Assembly: GCA_002269645.1 (NCBI GenBank)
Contig: NIVC01000598.1
Span: 124,001 to 188,000 of the forward strand
DNA: 64,000 bases
Reading direction: 5' to 3'
DNA from: Macrostomum lignano
Lineage: Eukaryota
In this document: one piece after another, positions 56,447 through 64,000 of the stretch
Layout: each line of letters starts with the position of its first letter
Numbering within the stretch: position 1 is the first letter of the stretch
Translations under genes and position numbers: made by a program
Notes under the pieces: generated by a model
The model's database searches: none
What the model was told of the DNA's origin: nothing
What the model saw: only the letters and a program-made list of their open reading frames with translations

Positions 56447-57560
56447 CTGTTAGACAGGAGTTCCGTCTGTTAGACAGGAGTGCCGCCTGTTAGACAGGAG
56501 TTCCGTCTGTTAGACAGGAGTGCCGTCTGTTAGACAGGAGTTCCGTCTGTTAGACAGGAGTGCCGCCTGTTAGACAGGAGTGCCGCCTGTTAGACAGGAG
56601 TTCCGTCTGTTAGACAGGAGTGCCGTCTGTTAGACAGGAGTTCCGTCTGTTAGACAGGAGTGCCGCCTGTTAGACAGGAGTGCCGCCTGTTAGACAGGAG
56701 TTCCGTCTGTTAGACAGGAGTGCCGTCTGTTAGACAGGAGTTCCGTCTGTTAGACAGGAGTGCCGCCTGTTAGACAGGAGTGCCGCCTGTTAGACAGGAG
56801 TTCCGTCTGTTAGACAGGAGTGCCGTCTGTTAGACAGGAGTTCCGTCTGTTAGACAGGAGTGCCGCCTGTTAGACAGGAGTGCCGCCTGTTAGACAGGAG
56901 TTCCGTCTGTTAGACAGGAGTGCCGTCTGTTAGACAGGAGTTCCGTCTGTTAGACAGGAGTTCCGTCTGTTAGACAGGAGTGCCGTCTGTTAGACAGGAG
57001 TTCCGTCTGTTAGACAGGAGTGCCGCCTGTTAGACAGGAGTTCCGTCTGTTAGACAGGAGTTCCGTCTGTTAGACAGGAGTTCCGTCTGTTAGACAGGAG
57101 TGCCGCCTGTTAGACAGGAGTGCCGCCTGTTAGACAGGAGTTCCGTCTGTTAGACAGGAGTTCCGTCTGTTAGACAGGAGTGCCGCCTGTTAGACAGGAG
57201 TGCCGCCTGTTAGACAGGAGTGCCGCCTGTTAGACAGGAGTTCCGTCTGTTAGACAGGAGTGCCGTCTGTTAGACAGGAGTTCCGTCTGTTAGACAGGAG
57301 TGCCGCCTGTTAGACAGGAGTTCCGTCTGTTAGACAGGAGTGCCGCCTGTTAGACAGGAGTTCCGTCTGTTAGACAGGAGTGCCGCCTGTTAGACAGGAG
57401 TGCCGCCTGTTAGACAGGAGTTCCGTCTGTTAGACAGCAGTGCTGCCTGTTAGACAGGAGTTCCGTCTGTTAGACAGGAGTGCCGCCTGTTAGACAGGAG
57501 TGCCGCCTGTTAGACAGGAGTTCCGTCTGTTAGACAGCAGTGCTGCCTGTTAGACAGGAG
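56447..57560. repeat. 20-bp minisatellite (CTGTTAGACAGGAGT[G/T]CCG[C/T])n
   Basis: Direct tandem repetition with three interspersed variants. Confidence 0.97.
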
Positions 57561-58132
57561 ACTCCTGGCACAATACTTAAAACGCAGCCTTGCCGCTCTC
57601 TTATCCGCAATACTTTTTACTTGAATCAGCAGCCACTTTTATCCGAATTGGTTTTATTTAGTCAAAGCGATATTCGGTTCGAACTGGCGGATGGTCATTC
57701 GCTGTCAAACTGGCTTTTTCTGTTGCCGCTATCCATTTCTTTTGCATTATTGGTATAGTAATTTGTTTCAAATGTTACTTATTTGCAATCACTTTTTTCT
57801 GCAACAAGTCTACTGCATTCGCCGCTTATTTTTGTTTTGCTGCTTCTATTATAATAAAACCTTGAAATGCTCTGCCCTCTGCTCCTGCAGTGCTCCTTCC
57901 ATGCATGGAGCGGACCAAACACTGCGCTTATTTTTGCTTTGTTTTCATTAGTAAGGGAGATTGTCCTTTTACAAAAGCTTCAGCACGCTGCATAATTAGC
58001 CGTTAACTGTTATTATAAACTTTTTAACTACACTATTAAACCGCTGTTGGAGTTTCTTTTGCGAATACTTGCTGACCTTTTAAAGGAAATTTTGCTTTTT
58101 TTCTTTGGATTTTTCTTTTTTCTACGAATTAG

Positions 58133-60158
58133 CATCGGGAATGGCACATTTGTCCTGATCGATGCTCAGTGGCATCGGGAATGGCACATTTGTCCTGATC
58201 GATGCTCAGTGGCATCGGGAATGGCACATTTGTCCTGATCGATGCTCAGTGGCATCGGGAATGGCACAGTTGTCCTGATCGATGCTCAGTGGCATCGGGA
58301 ATGGCACATTTGTCCTGATCGATGCTCAGTGGCATCGGGAATGGCACATTTGTCCTGATCGATGCTCAGTGGCATCGGGAATGGCACAGTTGTCCTGATC
58401 GATGCTCAGTGGCATCGGGAATGGCACATTTGTCCTGATCGATGCTCAGTGGCATCGGGAATGGCACATTTGTCCTGATCGATGCTCAGTGGCATCGGGA
58501 ATGGCACAGTTGTCCTGATCGATGCTCAGTGGCATCGGGAATGGCACAGTTGTCCTGATCGATGCTCAGTGGCATCGGGAATGGCACAGTTTTCCTGTCC
58601 TGATCGATGCTCAGTGGCATCGGGAATGGCACAGTTTTCCTGTCCTGATCGATGCTCAGTGGCATCGGGAATGGCACAGTTGTCCTGATCGATGCTCAGT
58701 GGCATCGGGAATGGCACAGTTGTCCTTAGCGATCCTCAGTGGCATCGGGAATGGCACAGTTGTCCTGTCCTGATCGATGCTCAGTGGCATCGGGAATGGC
58801 ACAGTTGTCCTGATCGATGCTCAGTGGCATCGGGAATGGCACAGTTGTCCTGATCGATGCTCAGTGGCATCGGAAATGGCACAGTTGTCCTGATCGATGC
58901 TCAGTGGCATCGGGAATGGCACAGTTGTCCTGATCGATGCTCAGTTGCATCGGGAATGGCACAGTTGTCCTGATCGATGCTCAGTGGCATCGGGAATGGC
59001 ACAGTTGTCCTGTCCTGATCGATGCTCAGTGGCATCGGAAATGGCACTCTTGTCCTGATCGATGCTCAGTGGCATCGGGAATGGCACAGTTGTCCTGATC
59101 GATGCTCAGTGGCATCGGGAATGGCACAGTTGTCCTGATCGATGCTCAGTGGCATCGGGAATGGCACAGTTTTCCTGTCCTGATCGATGCTCAGTGGCAT
59201 CGGAAATGGCACTCTTGTCCTGATCGATGCTCAGTTGCATTGGGAATGGCACAATTGTCCTGATCGATGCTCAGTGGCATCGGGAATGGCACAGTTGTCC
59301 TGATCGATGCTCAGTGGCATCGGGAATGGCACAGTTGTCCTGTCCTGATCGATGCTCAGTGGCATCGGGAATGGCACAGTTGTCCTGATCGATGCTCAGT
59401 GGCATCGGGAATGGCACAGTTGTCCTGATCGATGCTCAGTGGCATCGGGAATGGCACAGTTGTCCTGATCGATGCTCAGTGGCATCGGGAATGGCACAGT
59501 TGTCCTGATCGATGCTCAGTGGCATCGGGAATGGCACAGTTGTCCTGATCGATGCTCAGTGGCATCGGGAATGGCACAGTTTTCCTGTCCTGATCGATGC
59601 TCAGTGGCATCGGAAATGGCACTCTTGTCCTGATCGATGCTCAGTTGCATCGGGAATGGCACAGTTGTCCTGATCGATGCTCAGTGGCATCGGGAATGGC
59701 ACATTTGTCCTGATCGATGCTCAGTGGCATCGGGAATGGCACAGTTGTCCTGATCGATGCTCAGTGGCATCGGGAATGGCACAGTTGTCCTGATCGATGC
59801 TCAGTGGCATCGGGAATGGCACAGTTTTCCTGTCCTGATCGATGCTCAGTGGCATCGGGAATGGCACAGTTTTCCTGTCCTGATCGATGCTCAGTGGCAT
59901 CGGAAATGGCACTCTTGTCCTGATCGATGCTCAGTTGCATCGGGAATGGCACAATTGTCCTGATCGATGCTCAGTGGCATCGGGAATGGCACAGTTGTCC
60001 TGTCCTGATCGATGCTCAGTGGCATCGGAAATGGCACAGTTGTCCTGATCGATGCTCAGTGGCATCGGGAATGGCACAGTTGTCCTGATCGATGCTCAGT
60101 GGCATCGGAAATGGCACAGTTGTCCTTAGCGATGCTCAGTGGCATCGGGAATGGCACA
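58133..60158. repeat. 40-bp (45-bp variant) minisatellite (GTGGCATCGGGAATGGCACAGTTGTCCTGATCGATGCTCA)n
   Basis: Direct tandem repetition. Identical variant blocks recur at offset 1235 (58482/59717). Confidence 0.97.
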
Positions 60159-60159
60159 G

Positions 60160-60370
60160 TTCTTCCGCTGTAATGAGAGAATGGCGCAGTTCTACCGCTG
60201 TAATGAGACAGAATGGCACGATCTACCGCTGTAACGATAAAGAATGGCACAGTTCTACCGCTGTAATGAGACAGAATGGCGCAGTTCTACTGCTGTAATG
60301 AGACAGAATGGCACAGATCTACCGCTGTAATGAGACAGAATGGCACAGTGTTACCGCTGTAATGGCACAG
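60160..60370. repeat. About 32-bp minisatellite (AGAATGGCACAGTTCTACCGCTGTAATGAGAC)n
   Basis: Abuts the 40-bp array and shares AATGGCACAGTT. Confidence 0.85.
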
Positions 60371-61189
60371 TGGTCCAGAGACAGAAAAGAGCCACGGTTT
60401 TATTGCTTGAAATGCGTCCAAAAAGAAGTTAAAAATGCCTTCGATCCTTCTCATTGTTAAGCCGTGGGATTTTCGGACTAAACCAGAGACAGCCGATCGA
60501 AAATCCCCGGTTGTTTATTGGTCTCCCGTCTTGTTTGGATCGGGTTTCCTCATGGGCTCGGCCCGTGCTATCCCTCCCAGCCTCATTCTGCATCTCCCCC
60601 GCTGATGCACTTTCAGTTACCGCCTTGTTGCCGAAGTCCCTCATTAGACAGAGATCCGAATTCATGCCCCAGTGTCTCCCAGCCCGGCCAGCTTCCGCGT
60701 TTCTCGCCATCATCTCGCCGTCTGCGCGCACTCCTCTAATCTCTGCTTGCCTGCGCTACTCCAATTGGAATATCTGAGAATTCTGCTTGTGCAAGTGCAA
60801 CCTGTTTGAAGTACCAAGGTAGCGGTCTGGTCCACCTGAGGTCAGTGTATCCTGAAGTACATTACTGAGAATAAAGGCCAGTAGCCCTCACCTGAAGCGC
60901 CCTTCTATTTGGCCTTGCAGCGATCGCACTTTAAGCGCAATTTTTTCAATTTCATTCTCAAAAATTGTTTTGCTTTGGCTGTGGCTTTCCTGTCTGCTTT
61001 TCCTATGTAGATTTTCTGTAGATTTTGTTGCGGAGCTCCTACTGGTTTTTCACCCTTCCGCTGCTGTCTCAACTGCAGGCTTGCGGCAGGTTTGCATTTT
61101 CTGGGCCCTTGAATCCGAGTTATTCATTCTTGCTTGCTGAGAGCAGAGGCTATGGAGTATCTGGGTGATAAGCGTGTTGGCAGAGTAGG

Positions 61190-61945
61190 AGATCAGAGCA
61201 CGAGATGGAGAGGCGAGAGAGTAGCAGATCAGAGCACGAGATGGAGAGAGTCAAGCGGGAGAGTAGGAGATCAGAGCACGAGATGGAGAGAGTCAAGCGG
61301 GAGAGTAGGAGATCAGAGCACGAGATGGAGAGAGTCAAGCGGGAGAGTAGATCACAGCACGAGATGGAGAGAGTCAAGCGGGAGAGTAGGAGATCACAGC
61401 ACGAGATGGAGAGAGTCAAGCGGGAGAGTAGATCACAGTAAGAGATGGAGAGAGTCAAGCGGGAGAGTAGGAGATCAGAGCACGAGATGGAGAGAGTCAA
61501 GCGGGAGAGTAGGAGATCACAGCACGAGATGGAGAGAGTCAAGCGGGAGAGTAGGAGATCAGAGCACGAGATGGAGAGAGTCAAGCGGGAGAGTAGATCA
61601 CAGTAAGAGATGGAGAGAGTCAAGCGGGAGAGTAGGAGATCAGAGCACGAGATGGAGAGAGTCAAGCGGGAGAGTAGGAGATCACAGCACGAGATGGAGA
61701 GAGTCAAGCGGGAGAGTAGGAGATCAGAGCACGAGATGGAGAGAGTCAAGCGGGAGAGTAGGAGATCAGAGCACGAGATGGAGAGAGTCAAGCGGGAGAG
61801 TAGGAGATCACAGCACGAGATGGAGAGAGTCAAGCGGGAGAGTAGGAGATCACAGCACGAGATGGAGAGAGTCAGGTAGGGAGAGTAGGAGATCACAGCA
61901 CGAGATGGAGAGAGTCAATCGGGAGAGTAGGAGATCAGAACAGAA
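61190..61945. repeat. 42-bp (39-bp variant) purine-rich minisatellite (GAGTAGGAGATCAGAGCACGAGATGGAGAGAGTCAAGCGGGA)n
   Basis: Direct tandem repetition. It explains the ORF at 61134-61967. Confidence 0.95.
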
Positions 61946-62414
61946 GACCGTGGAGAGACAGCCGTAGAGTAGAGTGCGACATCTGCTTCTTTCTATTAAT
62001 AATTAGCAGGACCAGCTGCTCACTTGAGCTGCTCGGTGGATCGCACGCAATCGATAGTGACTACCAGCTGCCGGCAGCGGCGTGTGCGGCATTAATCAGC
62101 AGCTATTGGGTGCAGGATGTCTTCCCTTGTCTGGGATTTTTCCATTTTCCATTTTTCAACAGTGTCTGTCAATAGCGGCTGCGACTCAGAAGAAGTTGCT
62201 AAATTATTCAAATTATCTGTTCCCCCAAGAAAGCTGTCTCAAGAGTCTCTGCCTCATCTTTTCGGCCGTGGAAGAAGGGGGAACAGCGGTGGGAGATGGC
62301 GCACAGAGAGACCCAGCATCGGCGAAAGGAATGAATGATCCTAGTACTCATTGCTGGTTAATAGTGCGCACCTCAAATAGGGCTGCCTTAGCCCTCTCGA
62401 TTGCGACAGAATAT

Positions 62415-62670
62415 GAGAGGAGAGGGTAGATGAGAGAGTGTAGATGAGATAGAAGAGAGTGTAGATGAGAGAGGAGAGGGTAGATGAGGGAGAGTAGATG
62501 AGGGAGAGTAGATGAGAGAGGAGAGGGTAAAGGAGAGAGGAGAGAGTAGATCAGAGAGGAGAGGATAGAGGAGAGGGTAGATGAGAAAGAAGTGAGAAGA
62601 GGAGAGAGGCGAGAGTAGATCAGAGAGGAGAGAGTAGATCAGAGAGGAGAGAGTAGATCAGAGAAATGAG
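62415..62670. repeat. GA-rich low-complexity repeat (GAGAGTAGAT-like)
   Basis: Polypurine tract with recurring TAGAT/GATCAG. Confidence 0.8.
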
Positions 62671-63158
62671 GTGGATGTGAGAGAGCTGAGATTAGAAGAG
62701 ACGTAAACATTGGATCGAATGCCTGAAACTATGCAACAAAAAACTGCTAAGTACCGCATTTGGCAAGCGATTAACACCTTGTGTTGCCAAGGTGTCCAGG
62801 TGTACGTGTGTGTGTGTGTGTGTGTGTGTGAGTGAGTGTGCTCCAGATTGACTGACAGATGTGCCTGGGCCTGACAGCAGGCGCTCGCAACTCATTAACT
62901 GAGGCACTCGGCATGCGTCACGCTCGGCCCAGTGAGGCATTTTCAGTCGGAGCTTAAAATCGACAATATCGGCAAAGAAAGTCTGCAGAACTTGTAAACA
63001 AGTCTTTGTAGTCTAAATATCCAATGTGACTCCTGTGCTCACAAAGCTCGCAGATTTGATCAGCTCGTAACGTGTTGAAAAAGCAAAATTTTCCTATTGA
63101 AACGTTGCTGGGTTTGAGGCGCGATTTCCCGGAAATCTGTTTGACAAGCTCAGCTCTC

Positions 63159-63172
63159 GTTGCCATGGCAAC
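63159..63172. promoter_or_regulatory. Perfect palindromic RFX X-box (GTTGCCATGGCAAC)
   Basis: Exact match to the canonical RFX-binding consensus. Confidence 0.6.
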
Positions 63173-63439
63173 AGGATGAAGCCTATCGATCCCGGGCTTT
63201 GTTAAGCGAAGGGGCAAAAAACAGAAGTGTTTCTCCAATTCCCGCTCACCCACAGCCACAAGGTGAGCAGCGGCAGCTCCCCGGAGAGCCCTCGACCTGC
63301 TCAAAACCTGTTTGCCTTTCACAGCCTCCCCCCCGCTCTTTCAGCCCACGGGAAGCGTCTGTCATCGTTGATTACCTCATTTTTCCTGCACAGCCAGCCG
63401 CGAAATTCCCTATGAATGTGCCATCCAAGGGCGCCAAGT

Positions 63440-63775
<336 letters not shown>

Positions 63776-64000
63776 CTGGAAATCTCAGTTAATTGAGCTG
63801 CTGCCAGTTCGGCCCCAGAGCTGCAGCTGCCAGCCGGGGGGCGGCATTGATTTCAGCGGTACAAAGCGGGGCCACCGGTGCAGTACGCGCGCGCTCTGGC
63901 ATGAGGAGCGGAGGTAAAGGCGGGAGAGAGGGCAGAACAATGGCCGGGCTTTGTTTAGCCAAAGGAAGTTGCTGAGGCGGGCGGCCGCGGCCCGCGTTTC

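Noticed and set aside
61134-61967. 277-aa RS-rich ORF
   Set aside because: It is the in-frame reading of a 42/39-bp minisatellite with no unique domain or clear splice context. Left uncalled, though not excluded.
62954-63322. Minus-strand ORF with scattered Cys/His
   Set aside because: No recognisable domain spacing or exon support.

Overview
Eukaryotic, repeat-rich animal DNA. GC/CpG-rich exons, (GACA)n tracts and introns filled with minisatellites resemble a free-living flatworm such as Macrostomum; this is an inference and was not verified. Three spliced host genes lie on the + strand, and all exon phases close by hand: a basigin/neuroplastin-family 2-Ig membrane protein (8935-16573), a farnesyl-diphosphate-synthase-family prenyltransferase (33838-35999), and a Pro-rich actin adaptor with a WH2-like motif and espin/phostensin-like PxW[KR]R repeats (43378-55503). 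A nested transposon cluster sits between the first two. It contains a very young RT-less LTR element (23426-31747; near-identical LTRs, TTAT TSD) that carries an unknown 301-aa ORF behind its own TATA box. That element is interrupted by an intact Chapaev-type, RAG1-related DNA transposon (25902-29183; 209-bp perfect TIRs, AATG TSD, 701-aa transposase) whose ends have a heptamer/23-bp spacer/A-rich nonamer layout. Also present are two further gag remnants, MULE, Tc1 and hAT derivatives, and about 20 tandem arrays, several sharing a core motif. Sharply bounded, almost CpG-free domains lie upstream of two genes and show hints of CG->TA double conversion. Most long ORFs in the supplied track are translation artefacts of tandem repeats.
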